A DNA stretch of 64,000 nucleotides from the human T2T-CHM13v2.0 reference genome, Homo sapiens: the NCBI RefSeq assembly GCF_009914755.1, contig NC_060931.1. One strand, given 5' to 3'. The translations under genes were made by a program, and so were the position numbers. Each line of letters begins with the position of its first letter. Position 1 is the stretch's first letter. The notes under the pieces are model-generated. The model was not told the DNA's origin, made no database searches, and saw only the letters and a list, made by a program, of their open reading frames with translations. This document shows positions 1 through 14,488 of the stretch, piece after piece.

Positions 1-835
1 GCACCAGCTTAGAACAGCACTGATTCCACAACAACCATGCAAACACCTAATATGCCAAGAGAAAACCTCTCTCTCTAGATAAGATAACTAGAACAGGGAC
101 TTCAGCTGTGCAAAGAGCTTAGGAGAAAATCCTTATTATTCTTTTTCTTCCTTCCTTCACTTGTCACTTCATCCCAGGCAAGTAGAATTGCACAAAAACA
201 TGCAGGCTAAAACTATACAATAATCCATCTTTCTGGCCAGAGGAAATATAAAAAGCAGTCCTGAGAAAATATTCCAGAGAGTAATAGAGAAGATAATCCT
301 CTGGTTCAGTCTATGAAGTAACAGTCCCAGGCTCACCTTCAAACTGTGCAAATATGGAATATACTCAAAGAAGTATAGCAAAGGCATGGAGAGCTGAACT
401 ACAATATAAACCACTATCTGAACTAAACCCTGAGTATTGAGCAAGGGGCAGATGATCCTGCCCCTCACCTGCCCCCTCCACACACACAAAAGATAAAAAC
501 AGCCAAAGTTTTGAAAACTGAATAGACACTGGAAGGAACCACCACACATAAAAGGGAGAAAAAACATGTGGTCTGAACCTAACCAGGTCAACTGGCTGCT
601 GAAACAAACCAACCGTCTACAGAGGATTTTATAAGGATCTAGAGATTCACAACATAATATTAAAAATATCCAGAATACGATCAAAAATCACTTGGATATA
701 CAAAGAACAAGGAAAATCCGACTAATGCTCCAGAGAAAAGACAATCAACATATAACACCACCAAAATGTCACAAATATTAGATTCTCTAAAAAATGTAAA
801 GCATCTATTACAACCATCATGCATAAGGTTAAGGT
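1..835 (+). mobile_element. Ancient L1M (L1MC/ME-type) 5'/ORF1-region fragment
   Basis: A-rich decayed sequence resembling old L1M 5' ends (e.g. aaaatcacttggatatacaaagaacaaggaaaat...agagaaaagacaatcaaca); boundaries approximate. Confidence 0.5.
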
Positions 836-1029
836 ACTCTAGGGCCTGGGGTCCTCAGAACTGCCCTGCATAAGTTCTGTGTTTTCAAGCTTAAACTGTG
901 TGAGTCGGGTTGCTGTCACTGCAACTATGGGTGCTAACAGATACTTGAGATAGGCAATAATTCTATAATACCAACTCATATTTATGTATGTCTCAAATCT
1001 CAGTCAAGGTTGATGAGTGTGGTGGTGAT

Positions 1030-1240
1030 GATAGCTGCCACTCATTAGTGATACATATCAATCATTGTGCTAAGTTCACAATATCTTAGTGCTGTCGACC
1101 ACCTTGTAAGGCAGAGTTTTTACAGATAAGGAAACCAACAAAGATTTAAGTAACCTCCCAATGTCATAGAGCTGATTTATAGGGGTTCTGGGATTAGAAT
1201 CTAAGTGCCTAACTCTAAAGCCTGTCCTCATGACCATTAT
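1030..1240 (-). mobile_element. MIR SINE
   Basis: MIR core motifs ttttacagataaggaaac, aagtaacctcccaatgtcatagagct, gggattagaatctaag. Confidence 0.65.
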
Positions 1241-1916
1241 AGTTCCCGTCCTGGATCCTAAGAGCTAATGTTAAATCTAAAAACTTCATAAACAGAAATC
1301 AGAATAAAAGCTGATGCCTCATTATTCCTCCCTGTACATCACAGAAAGCAGAATTTGGCTAGCAACATCCCCTTTCACCCAATCTCTCCCCGTATCTCTC
1401 AATATCATGTCTCTCCCTATATCATACCTCTCCCTGTACTCTCAATACCATAACACCACCCTGTCTCCTGAGGAATCAATAACCTCAAAGTAAATTTTAA
1501 AATAATTCTTCACAAGTTATCTGTTCCAAAATAGCTTTACTTTCTACCACGTCTTCTAATTCCTCAGCTTTGTCTGTTTTCCTACATCAGTTTCAAAACA
1601 ATATTTAATATTTTGTTTTCTGATTACAAAGCAATACATATTCAGTATGAAGAGTTTAGAAAATAGTGAAGCACATAAAAACCTATCATAATATCATCAA
1701 CCAAAAATAACCACAGTTAGGATGCCAATCATTTTTCTAAGCACATTTATTTAAAAATTAAGATACCCTTTATCATATCAAGTTTATATTTTGCAAGTAA
1801 TAAGTATTAACATTTACTTGAGAAAATTAGAAAATATGGATAAGGATGGCTTTTCAATGGCATTCTCTTTGTTCATATTTTTAAAAGTTATATATTAATA
1901 TGTCATGGTCACTTCC

Positions 1917-2276
1917 TGATATGGTTTGGCTCTGTGTCCCCACTCAAATTTTACTTTTAATTGTAATCGCCATAATTTCCACCTGTCAAGGGTGGGACAA
2001 GGTGGAGATAATTAAATCATGGGAGCAGTTTCCCCATGCTCTTGTGATAGTGAGTGAGTCTCGTGAGGTCTGATGGTTTTATAAGCATCTGGCGTTTCCA
2101 CTGCTTGCAGTCATTGTCTCTCCTGCCACCCTGTGAAGAGGTGCCTTCCGCCGTGACTGTAAGTTTCCTGAGGCCTCCGCAGCCATGTGGAACTGTGAAT
2201 CAATTAAACCTTTTTCCTTTATAAATTACCCAGTCTCAGATATTTCTTCATAGCAATATGAGAACAGACTAATACA
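1917..2276 (+). mobile_element. THE1 (THE1C/D-like) MaLR solo LTR
   Basis: tgatatggtttggctctgtgtcccc start, gactaataca end, TG...CA termini, perfect 5-bp TSD cttcc (1912-1916 / 2277-2281). Confidence 0.92.
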
Positions 2277-2534
2277 CTTCCAGTAAGAAAATTAAACATT
2301 TATCTTTTCACAAAATATAATACACATCTCTTCATCTAGGAATAAATTAAGAAAAAATATAAGACACACTGGTTGGGAATTATAAAGCCTATTTGCCTTG
2401 CTCTTTTCACCAGTACTTATGGATATCTTTCTTTTGTGGGAAAAATAAAGGAACATTTTCTCAGTGCTCTCAGGCCCTTCTCCATGATTCACTGCAGAAA
2501 CTTCAAGCAGGCAGATTGTTTATAGTCTAAGAAG

Positions 2535-2700
2535 GAGGCTGAGGCAAGAACTTGATTATCATCCCAGCACCATCATTTTTCCAACTGTGTGCCTTAGGAA
2601 GGGCACTCAGTGTCTCTGAACCTCAATTTCCTTGTCTATCTGTAATAAGATTGTAATGCCTTACACCTCTTTATCTTGTAAGGCTATAGGAATAAATATA
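2535..2700 (+). mobile_element. MIR SINE fragment
   Basis: ctgtgtgccttaggaagggcactcagtgtctctgaacctcaatttccttgtctat. Confidence 0.55.
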
Positions 2701-3738
2701 CATGGTAATATTTAGGCTTGAGTGCCAAGAAAACTCTTAATTATTGTGTTTCAGGTCATAAACTATACTAGACACCAGGAAATAATGACTATAACTGTAT
2801 ATTTTTTTGTTTGATCCTTGTGGCAACACTGTGAGGCAGGTACTGACACATTTCCTCAATTCTGAAATGCAGATTTGAAGACTTTTGAAACCACATCAAA
2901 AGAAACTTGTCACTAGCTTTGCAGAATAAGTGTCAGAGCCCATGCCTATGCAAATTTAATAGGCCAACTATGCACTCATTTTGTTATCACTTCAGTTACC
3001 TGTATCACAAGAGTTGGATTTACCTTTAACTTTCTTTATAGCATCTGAATAAAGATTGCACAATGATGCAGCAAAGAGACCAAAAGTTAATGTATACAAA
3101 AGATTACCTCTGCCACAAGAGGTAATATAATTAAGAGGACAAAAGTTGCCAACTCCCCGAGAAAAGACCACGTTAAGTTTAAAAGCTAGAACACAACCAC
3201 TTCATGCATCTTGAAGGACTGTCACTCAGATACTATCTGCCAAACACTTCTGAATAACTCCTAAGAGACATAGTTTAACTACAGGTGACAAAATCGTAAG
3301 TGTAACCTAGTAGAACAAAGAAGCTTTTAGGGGTATTTATAAAAAGAGCTCAAGTTATTCACAGTAGGGAAATATAAATTAAAGCCTAACAAACAAAAAC
3401 AATAATAGGAAATGAGACACCAGTCCAGCCCTAACTTATGGGATGCTGTTAAAACTAATTGATTAAGTACATTAATTGGCAGATGCCTAAACCCAACTAA
3501 GCTAGAGCATGAGCTCACAAAAGACTTGACATGAGTAAAGCCAGAATGTGGAGAGAATGCAAGACAGGGTATAGAGTAATAAAAGAAGAAAATTGGGGAG
3601 ATACTAATATGGAAGGCAAGACAGAGGTAGTATCAGGTCAAGCCAATGCGAGCTAGGATCCCAAGCACAGGTTTAGAAAAGAAACATGTCACCCAATCTC
3701 ACAAACTGCCCACGGACAGAAGTAGCTCAGGAGACTCC

Positions 3739-3935
3739 CAGGGGTGTCCAAGGGAGAGAATACAGTTGTGGGTTCTTCGTTTCTGTTTCTGGTTGGGCCA
3801 GTAAAGCCCCTTTCTCATCTCTTTTTTCCACTTATCACTAGAGACAGAAACTAAAAATCATGGTTTCAGGCTGCTAAAAGCCTAAAACAAAACAAAACAG
3901 AACAACAACAAAATAATGTGGGCTGGACAAGCTTG
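3739..3935 (+). mobile_element. MER30B-like hAT-Charlie non-autonomous DNA transposon
   Basis: Termini caggggtgtccaa ... tggacaagcttg (imperfect terminal inverted repeats) and internal ggctgctaaaagcctaaaacaaaacaaaac. Confidence 0.75.
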
Positions 3936-4829
3936 CTAGATATTCCAGGCAAAAGCACAGACTTGGTCTTTGACAGAGATATTAAAGAAGAAATTATACA
4001 AAATTAAGTGGATACACTTATACTATTGTCGGTTGGAAAAAATTATTGTACATTTAACAGAGTGGCAATTTCTCTCACTTACCAAAAAAGGTAATAAAAC
4101 TCTGGTACGTTTTAGAATAAATAGTGCCTTTGAATTAAGGAAATATGGTATTGAGAGAAATCTGAGATTCCAGGTTTCTGACATCAAACAGTATGTGTGA
4201 GGCAAAGCCAAGTGCCAAAAATAGCACAAGAACAATTCTGTCTTTGCTGTATTACAGTTACTAACCTTAGCAATTTACTTACTAACATACATTTGAGGCA
4301 GTTCCCTCTTTTATTACTTGCTTTTAGTACTTCAGCACTTCCTATCTCAGCTGGATCCCCACCCGCTTTCTGCAGTCTTTACGGACACCTTCCCTAGTCA
4401 GTTCACCTTCCCACTCTCCTCATGACAATTCTAAAATTGTTTCAAGCTCAGTCCCTTCACTCTCTACAAATAACCTTGCATTCTACGTTGACAAGAATAT
4501 AAAAGCTCTCTAGGCATTAGTTTCCTCAAATTGTCTCCCATCTTCTGTTTGGGCATGCACAGACTGACAAGCATGCCTCCTTCCTGTGGGTCTCAAGTAC
4601 TAAAGGATCCTTCCTACTCTCCAAAACAAGTATCTCTGCCAGTTCTTCCAATCTCCTCCTCTCCTTAAACGTGTTCCTTTCATTCCATTAATTATTCTGC
4701 CTCTTTCTTGCTTTGGTAATGCCTATCTCTCATCTGGCTCTCCCCTCAACAAATAAATGATTAACGTTTCCCCCATTATTAAGAAAATAAAACAGCATCT
4801 CCACTGATCCTGCATATTGGTGGCTCACC

Positions 4830-5194
4830 ATTTGCTCTTCAGATCCAGTCTCCAAGGCAGGCCTGGAGAGGCTGACCTTTCTGGACTGTATCACTCAGGC
4901 TCCTTTGCACTACAGATTCTGGGTGTTCATCTGATGGGAGGCATCAGCAGGAGATTAGAGAGAGTTCTCTATCTCCTTTCTGCCTTCCACAGCCACTGAG
5001 CTTCCAGAACACCATTTCCTCCACTTGCAGAAGAGTCAGATCTACAAGTGCTAACCAGTTGCTGCTAGCTCTTCACACTTCTGTTGTCGGTTCCCTTAAA
5101 TTGGTCCATACCTCCATAAAAAGTTTCTTCATTAAACTCTATTCAGTTGAACTTTTGCATAAGCCATCTGTTTCCTGCTGGGACTCTGTGATAC
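4830..5194 (+). mobile_element. ERVL solo LTR (LTR33/LTR16-like)
   Basis: Ends ccatctgtttcctgctgggactctgtgataca; internal tgggaggcatcagcaggagatt motif. Confidence 0.55.
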
Positions 5195-5199
5195 ATCTC

Positions 5200-5600
5200 A
5201 CGCCACTCTCTAGCTCCTTTCCATTTCTTCCCAGCTGTGCTTCCTGAAAGACTAGTCTGGGCTCACTAACTGCCATTATCATCTGTCATCTACACTTCAA
5301 CTAACTGTGATCTGGCTTCTGCCCCCTCATGAATCCACTAAACTGATCTGTCTACTGTGGTATTCTAGATCATTTATGATCTGGTCCTAACTACCTCCCA
5401 GCTATTCCTCCCACCATCTGCCATTAAACCATGTGCTCAAACCATAACAAATGTTTCTAGCTGTCTTGGAGGATCTTACATGGTTCCCTCCACTTGGAGA
5501 GTGCTTCTCTGCTTCAGGCAACTAATGAACCGCTAGTCATGTGCAAGCCTCAACTCAGGAAGCACCTCCTTCTGGGAATACTTACTTCCCTTACTTTCTT
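5200..5600. mobile_element. L2 LINE fragments
   Basis: tctggcttctgcccc...tccactaaact, tgatctggtcctaactacctc and ctcaactcaggaagcacctcc resemble L2 consensus; similar sequence at about 4300-4810. Confidence 0.55.
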
Positions 5601-5852
5601 CAGTTCCAAGATAGCCAAATAGGAACAGCTCCAGTCTGCAGCTCCCAGCGTGATTGACGCAGAAGACGGGTGATTTCTGCATTTCCAACTAAGGTACCTG
5701 GTTCATCTCATTGGGACTGGTTGGACAGTGGGTGCAGCCCACTGAGGGTGAGCCAAAACAGAGTGGGGTATCACCTCAACTGGGAAGCACAAGGGGTCAG
5801 GGGATTTCCCTTTCCTAGCCAAGGGAAACCATGACAGACTGTATCTGGAAAA

Positions 5853-6035
5853 TCAGGACACTCCTGCCCACATACTGCGCTTTCCCAATGGTCTTAGCAA
5901 ACGGCAAGCCAAGAGATTATATCCCGCATCTGGCTCGGCAGGTCCCATGCCCACAGAGCCTTGCTCACTGCTAGTGCAGCAGTCTGAGATCAAACTGCGA
6001 GGCGGCAGCCTGGCTCGGGGAGGGGCATCCACCAT
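5853..6035 (-). other. L1 ORF0 homologue (60 aa, ATG retained) in the antisense 5'UTR
   Basis: MVDAPPRARLPPRSLISDCCTSSEQGSVGMGPAEP... aligns by eye to L1HS ORF0 MAGAPPPASLPPCSLISDCCASNQRDSVGVGPSEP; CAT at 6033-6035. Confidence 0.7.
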
Positions 6036-6635
6036 TGCTGAGGCATGAGTAGGTAAACAAAGTGGCCAGGGAAGCTCTAACTGGGCGGAGCCCAACGCAG
6101 CTCAGCAAGGCCTGTTGCCTCTGTACATTCCACTTCTGGGGGCAGGGCATAGCTGAACAAAATGGAGCAGAAACTTCTGCAGACTTAAATGGCCCTGTCT
6201 GACAGCTCTGAAGAGAACAGTGGTTCTCCCAGCATGGTGTTTGAGCTCTGAGAAAAGACAGACTGCCTCCTCAAGTGGGTCCCTGACCTCCGTGTAGCCT
6301 TACTGGGAGATACCTCCCAGTAGGGGCCGACTGACACCTCATATAGGTGGGTGCCCCTCTGGGATGAAGCTTCCAGAGGAAGGATCAGGCAGCAATATTT
6401 GCTGTTCTGCAATATTTGCTGTTCTGCAGCCTCCACTGGTGATAACCAGGCCAACAGGGTCCAGAGTGGACATACAGCAAACTCCAACAGACCTGCAGCT
6501 GAGGGACCTGACTGTTAGAAGGAAAACTAACAAACAAAAAGGAATAGCATCAACATCAACAAAAAGGACATCCACACCAAAACCCCATCTGTAGGTCACC
6601 AACATCAAAGACCAAAGGTAGATAAAACCACAAAG

Positions 6636-7659
6636 ATGGGGAGAAACCAGAGGAGAAAAGCTGAAAATTCTAAAAAACAGAGCACCTCTTCTCCTCCAAA
6701 GGATCACAGCTCCTCGCCAGCAACAGAATAAATCTGGAGGGAGACTGACTTTGACAAGCTGACAGAAGTAGGCTTCAGAAGGTCAGTAATACCAAACTTC
6801 TCCGAGCTAAAGGAGGATTTCAAACCCATCGCAAGGAAGCTAAAAACCTTGAAAAAAGATTAGATGAATGGCGAACTAGAAAAAACAGTGTAGAGAAGAC
6901 CTTAAATGGCCTGACGGAGCTGAAAACCATGGCACGAGAATGACGTGACACATGCACAAGCTTCATTAGCCAATTCGATCAAGTGGAAGAAAGGGTATCA
7001 GTGATTGCAGATTGAATTAATGAAATAGAGCAAGAAGAGAAGTTTAGAGAAAAAAGAGTAAAAAGAAATGAACAAAGACTCCAACAAATATGGGACTATG
7101 TGAAAAGACCAAATCTACATTTGATTGGTGTACCTGAAAGTGACGGGCAGAATGGAACCAAGTTGGAAAACACTCTTCAGGATATTATCCAGGAGAACAT
7201 CCCCAACCTAGCAAGGCAGGCCAACATTCAAATTCAGGAAATATAGAGAACACCAGAAAGATACTCTTCGAGAAGAGCAACCCCAAGACACATAATTGTC
7301 AGATTCACCAAGGTTGAAATGAAGGAAAAAATGTTAAGGGCAGCCAGAGAGAAGGTCGGGTTACCCACAAAGGGAAGCCCAACAGACTAACAGCTGATCT
7401 CTCAGCAGAAACTCCACAAGCCAGAAGAGAGTGGGGGCCAATATTCAACATTCTTAAAGAAAAGAATTTGCAGCCCAGGATTTCACAGCCAGCCAAACTA
7501 AGCTTCATAAGTGAAGGAGAAATAAAATCCTTTAAAGACAAACAAATGCTGAGAGATTTTGTCACTACCAGGCCTGCCTTACAAGAGCTCCTGAAGGAAG
7601 CACTAAACATGGGAAGGAACAACTGGTACCAGCCACTGCAAAAACATGCCAAATTGTAA
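6636..7659 (+). pseudogene. L1 ORF1p, disrupted
   Basis: atggggagaaaccag start; C-terminus ...FVTTRPALQELLKEALNM...QPLQKHAKL*; internal stops and frameshifts. Confidence 0.9.
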
Positions 7660-9589
7660 AGACCATCGATGCTAGGAAGAAACTGCATCAACTAATGGGC
7701 AAAATAACCAGCTAACATCATAATGACAGGATCAAATTCACACACAACAATATTAACCTTAAATGTAAATGGGCTAGATACCCCAATTAAAAGACACAGA
7801 CTGGCAAATTGGATAAAGAGTCAAGACCCATCAGTGTGCTGTATTCAGGAGACCCATCTCATGTGCAGAGACACACATAGGCTCAAAATAAAGGGATGGA
7901 GGAAGATCTAAGAGGCAAATGGAAAACCACAACAACAAAAAGCAGGGGTTGCAATCCTGGTCTCTGATAAAACAGAGTTTAAACCAACAAAGATCAAAAG
8001 AGAGGAAGGCCACTACATAATGGTAAAGGGATTAACAAGAAGAGCTAACTGTCCTAAATATATATGCACCTAATACAGGAGCACCTAGATTCATAAAGCA
8101 AGTCCTTAGAAACTTAAAAAAAAGACTTAGACTCCCACACAATAATAATGGGAGACTTTAACACCCCACTGTCAGTATTAGACAGATCAATGAGACAGAA
8201 GGTTAACAAGGATATCCAGGACTTCAACTCAGCTCTGCACCAAGCTGACCTAATAGACATCTACAGAATTCTCTACCCCAAATCAACAGAATATACATTA
8301 TTCTCAGCACCACATTGCACTTATTCCAAAATTGACACACAGTTGGAAGTAAAGCACTCCTTGGCAAATGTAAAAGAACAGAAATCACAACATACTGTCT
8401 CCCAGACCACAGTGCAAACAAATTAGAACTCAGGATTAAGAAACTTACTCAAAACCACACAACTACGTGGAAACTGAACAACCTGCTCCTGAATGACTAG
8501 TGGGTAAATAACACAATGAAGGCAGAAATAAAGATGTTCTTTGTAACCAATGAGAACAAAGACACAATGTACCAGTATCTCTGGGACACATTTAAAGCAG
8601 TGCGTAGAGGGAAATTTATAGCACTAAATGCCCATAAGAGAAAGCATGAAAGACCTAAAATCAACACCCTAACATAACAATTAAAAGAACTAGAGAAGCA
8701 AGAACAAACACATTCAAAAGCTAGCAAAAGGCAAGAAATAACTAAGATCAGAGCATAACTGAAGGAGATAGAGACATAAAAAACCCTTCAAAAAATCAAT
8801 AAATCCTGGAGCTGGTTTTTTGAAAGATCAACAAAATTGATAGACTGCTAGCAAGACTAATAAAGAAGAAAAGAGAGAAGAATCAAATAGAGGCAATAAA
8901 AAATGATAAAGGGGATATCACCACCAATCCCACAGAAATACAAACTATAATCAAAGAATATTATAAACACCTGTACACAAAAAAACTAGAAAATCTAGAA
9001 GAAATTGATAAATCCCTGGACACACACACCCTCCCAAGACAAAACCAGGAAGAAATTGAAAATTGAATCTCTGAATAGACCAATAACAGGCTCTGAAATT
9101 GAGGCAATAATTAATGGCCTACCAATCAAAAAAAGTTCAGGACCAGATGGATTCACAGCCAAATTCTACCAGAAGTACAAAGAGGAGCTGGTGCCATTCC
9201 TTCTGAAACTATTCCAATCAACAGAAAAACAGGGAATCCTCCCTAACTCATTTTATGAGGCCAGCATCATCCAGATACCAAAGCCTGGCAGAGACACAAC
9301 AAAAAGAAAATTTTAGACCAATATCCCTGATAAACATTGATGTAAAAATCCTCAATAAAATACTGGCAAACCGAATCCAGCAGCACATCAAAAAGCTTAT
9401 CCACCACAATCAAGTTGGCTTCAGCCCTGGAATGCAAGGCTGGTTCAACATACGCAAATCAATAAATGTAATCCATCACATAAACAGAACCATCGACAAA
9501 AACCAAATGATTATCTCAATAGATGCAGAAAAGGCCTTCAACAAAATTCAGGGCCCCTCATGCTAAAAACTCTCAATACACTAGGTATT

Positions 9590-9790
9590 TTTTTTAATAC
9601 TTTAAGTTTTAGGGTACATGTGCATAACATGCAGGTTTGTTACATATGCATACATGTGCCATGTTGGTGTGCTGCACCCATTAACTCATCATTCAACATT
9701 AGGTATATCTCCTAATGCTATCCCTCCCCCCTGCCCCCACCCCACAACAGGCCCCAGTGTGTGATGTTCCCCTTCCTGTGTCCATGTATT
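9590..9790 (-). mobile_element. 5'-truncated L1PA4-like 3'UTR inserted antisense into ORF2 of the L1PA6
   Basis: T-tract followed by tactttaagttttagggtacatg...ccccttcctgtgtccatg; 20-bp TSD ctctcaata(c/t)actaggtatt at 9570-9589 / 9791-9810. Confidence 0.92.
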
Positions 9791-10077
9791 CTCTCAATAT
9801 ACTAGGTATTGAGGGAACATATCTCAAAATAATAAGAGCTATTTATGACAAACTCACAGCCAATATCATACTGAATGGGCAAAAACTGGAAGCATTCCCT
9901 TGGAAAACTGGTGCAAGACAGGGATGCCTTCTCTCACCACTCCTATTCAACATAGTGTTAGAAGTTCTGGCCAGGGCAATCAGGCAAGAGAAAGAAATAA
10001 AGGGTATTCAATCAGGAAAAGAGGAAGTCAAATTGTCCCTGTTTGCAGATGGCATGATTGTATATTTAGAAAACCCC

Positions 10078-10515
<438 letters not shown>

Positions 10516-10892
10516 TCAAAGGGAATAAAATACCTAGAAATCCAACTTACAAGGGATGTGAAGGACCTCTTCAAGGAGAACTACAAACCACTGCTCAACG
10601 AAATAAAAGAGGACACAAACAAATGAAAGAACATTCCATGCTCATGGATAGGAAGAATCAATATCGTGAAAATGGCCATACTGCCCAAGGTAATTTATAG
10701 ATTCAATGCCATCTCTATCAAGCTACCAATGACTTTCTTCACAGAATTGGAAAAAAACTACTTTAAAGTTCATATGGAACCAAAAAAGAGCCCACATTGC
10801 AGTCAATCCTAATCAAAAAGAACAAAGCTGGAGGCATCATGCTACCTGACTTCAAACTGTACTACAAGGCTACAGTAACCAAAACAGCATGA

Positions 10893-11135
<243 letters not shown>

Positions 11136-12257
11136 TGATCTAAAACCATAAAAACCCTAGAAGAAAACCTAGGCAATACCATTCAGGACATAGGCATGGG
11201 AAAGGACTTCATGATGAAAACACCAAAAGCAACAGCAACAAAAGCCAAAATAGACAAATGAGATCTAATTAAACTAAAGAGCTTCTGCACAGCAAAAGAA
11301 GCTACCATCAGAGTGAACAGGCACCCTACAGACTGGGAGAAAATTTTTGCAATCTACCCATCTGACAAAGGGCTAATATCCAGAATCTACAAAGAACTTA
11401 AACAAACTTACAAGAAAAAAACAAACAACCCTATCGAAAAGTGGGCAAAGGATATGAACAGACACTTCTCAAAAGGAGACATTTATGCAGCCAACAGATA
11501 CATAAAAAAATGCTCATCATCACTGGTCATCAGAGAAATGCAAATCAAAACCACAATGAGATACCATCTCACGCTAGTTAGAATGGCAATCATTAAAAAG
11601 TCAGGAAACAACAGATGCTGGAGAGGATGTGGAGAAATAGGAACGCTTTTACACTGTTGGTGGGACTGTAAAGTAGTTCAACCTTTGTGGAAGACAGTGT
11701 GATGATTCCTCAAGGATCTAGAGGTAGAAATACCATTTGACCCAGCGATCCTATTACTGGGTATATACCCAAAGGATTATAAATCATGCTACTATAAAGA
11801 TATATGCACACTTATGTTTATTGTGACACTACTCACAATAGCAAAGACTTGGAATCAACCCAAATATCCATCAATGATAGACTGGATTAAGAAAATGTGG
11901 CACATATACACCATGGAATACTATGCAGCCATAAAAAAGGATGAGTTCATGTCCTTTGCAGCGACATGGAGGAAGCTGGAAACCATGATTCTGGGCAAAC
12001 TATCACAAGGACAGAAAACCAAACACCGCATGTTCTCACTCATACTTGCGAACTGAACAATGAGAACACTTGGTCACAGGGTAGGGAATATCACACACCA
12101 GGGCCTGTCGTGGGGTCAGGTGTGGGGGGAGGGATAGCACTGGGAGAAATACCTAATGTAAATGATGGGTTGATGGGTGTAGCAGACCAGCTGTATATGT
12201 ATACTTATGTAACAAGCCTGCACGTTGTGCACATGTACCCTAGAACTTAAAGTATAA

Positions 12258-12526
12258 AAAATATTCAGGAAAAAAATTAAAAATAACAATTCCACAGTAA
12301 AAAAATGCAAATAAATAAATAATACAGTATAACAACTATTTATGTAGCATTTACATTGTATTAGGTATTATAAGCAGCCTAGAGGTGATTTAAAGTACAT
12401 GGAAGGATGTGAGTAGGTTACATGCAAATACTATGTCATTTTATAGAAGGGACTTGAGCATTGGAGGATATTGGTATCTACTAGGGGTTCCGGAACCAAT
12501 CCCCTACAGATACTGAGAAACAAGTG
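12258..12526 (+). mobile_element. MER2/MER2B (Tigger-family) DNA transposon lacking its left end
   Basis: aatacagtataacaactattt...gggacttgagcat...ggaaccaatcccc..agatactgag, followed by TA. Confidence 0.85.
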
Positions 12527-12641
12527 TATCCTAGGCAGTACAACGATCATAGTAACTGCCATTACTCCTACAAAACAGTTTAAAGACAGTTTTCAAAAAG
12601 TATGTGTCAAAACGATAATAAAGTATTCTTGATATGTTTAC

Positions 12642-12674
12642 CTTGAGTGTGCCTGACCCCCTCCCCTGGAGAAT
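12642..12674 (-). other. Candidate 33-nt exon of a minus-strand transcript
   Basis: Acceptor tgtcttttctcttggttgcttag|ATTCTCC, donor AAG|gtaaac; unique sequence; no transcript evidence available. Confidence 0.35.
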
Positions 12675-13466
12675 CTAAGCAACCAAGAGAAAAGACAATG
12701 CCATCTCTTTCTAAATCTCATAGAACCGATCATGCAGCCTTAAACTGCACACAACTGATTCACAGTACATGTTTTGTTGCATGAGACAATGAACAAAAAT
12801 ATATCCCACTCATCCAAAAATAAATTTATCTCAAAGTTTAAAAAAGACAAAGTGAAAGCCTAATGAGTAAATTTACTTTTCTTTCATGCATACCAAGCAG
12901 TTCAGATAGAAACTGACCCAACCTAACTTAGAGTATTATAAAACCATAAGTAACTATAAATAAAAATTGCAAAGATCCTTCATAAATAATAAAATATTCT
13001 CATGCTATTAAAATAAAACAAACACATGAAGACTAACCAATCATCTATTTTTATAAGTTTATCATTAGTGAGCCACCAGATTATAGACTTTTTTTAAAGA
13101 TGCAATTTTAATCAACATTGACTTTATTTCCCTTTTAAATTAAGCAGGCTGTATGTGCTAGGCTCCAAATCTCTGTTTAGCTATAATAAAGAGAGTAAAA
13201 TATGCACATACAAAATACGTGCATATTTAGAGATTAGAGATTCTTGCACATTGGCTTTTGTCTACCTTGGCTCACAATTTCAGAAAGCCCAGAGCAGACA
13301 GGTGCAGTGGGCTATAGACTGCTATTGCTTCTCCAAGTGTTCTGAAGAATTGTAAACGTAAACAAGTATACAAGAATAGAGAGTGACATTTTAAAGGTAA
13401 CATTTGCACGTATTTTAATCCTTTATATTTAAAGAAAACAGCCGTGCCACTGCCAATGTGACTTAC

Positions 13467-13651
13467 TACCACTTATGCAGAGTGGCTGAAATGAAACTTT
13501 CGAGCCAGATTTGATTTTCGTTTTTAGCCCACACTTGATCTCCACATGGCAGCTCTGGCCACCATTTCTGATGCTTGTTGTCTGCGGCTGCGTCTTCGCC
13601 TCAAGTTTCAAGTGGAATCCCTTTATTGAGCTCTGTTCTTTAAATTGAAAT
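13467..13651 (-). other. Candidate 185-nt exon of a minus-strand transcript
   Basis: Acceptor ttaattttctgctccttaag|ATTTC, donor GTA|gtaagt; GC- and CpG-richer than flanks (5 CpG); one frame open throughout (FQFKEQSSIKG...QPLCISG). Confidence 0.6.
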
Positions 13652-13844
13652 CTTAAGGAGCAGAAAATTAACAAATATTGAAATATAATAAAGATACAAA
13701 TTTTTTTATTTTTATATTTTTTATATTTTTATTAGTGTAGAAAAAAATTATAAGTCCCTAAAATTCAAAGTTATTAGCCTCTCTATTCAGCATTAGGCAA
13801 AATTAAAGGAGGAACTTTTGGTCAAATAGTACCCTAAGAGTTGC

Positions 13845-14488
<644 letters not shown>

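Noticed and set aside
169-684. 171-aa minus-strand ORF
   Set aside because: Antisense of an A-rich old L1M; F/L/C-rich composition typical of spurious ORFs; non-ATG start.
1330-1450. Degenerate ctccctgta/atatcat repeats resembling a spacer array
   Set aside because: Irregular low-complexity repeat with no constant repeat-spacer period; not CRISPR-like.
6392-6428. Tandem gcaatatttgctgttct x2 in the L1 5'UTR
   Set aside because: As I recall, a shared feature of L1PA6/7-age 5'UTR consensus sequences rather than locus-specific.
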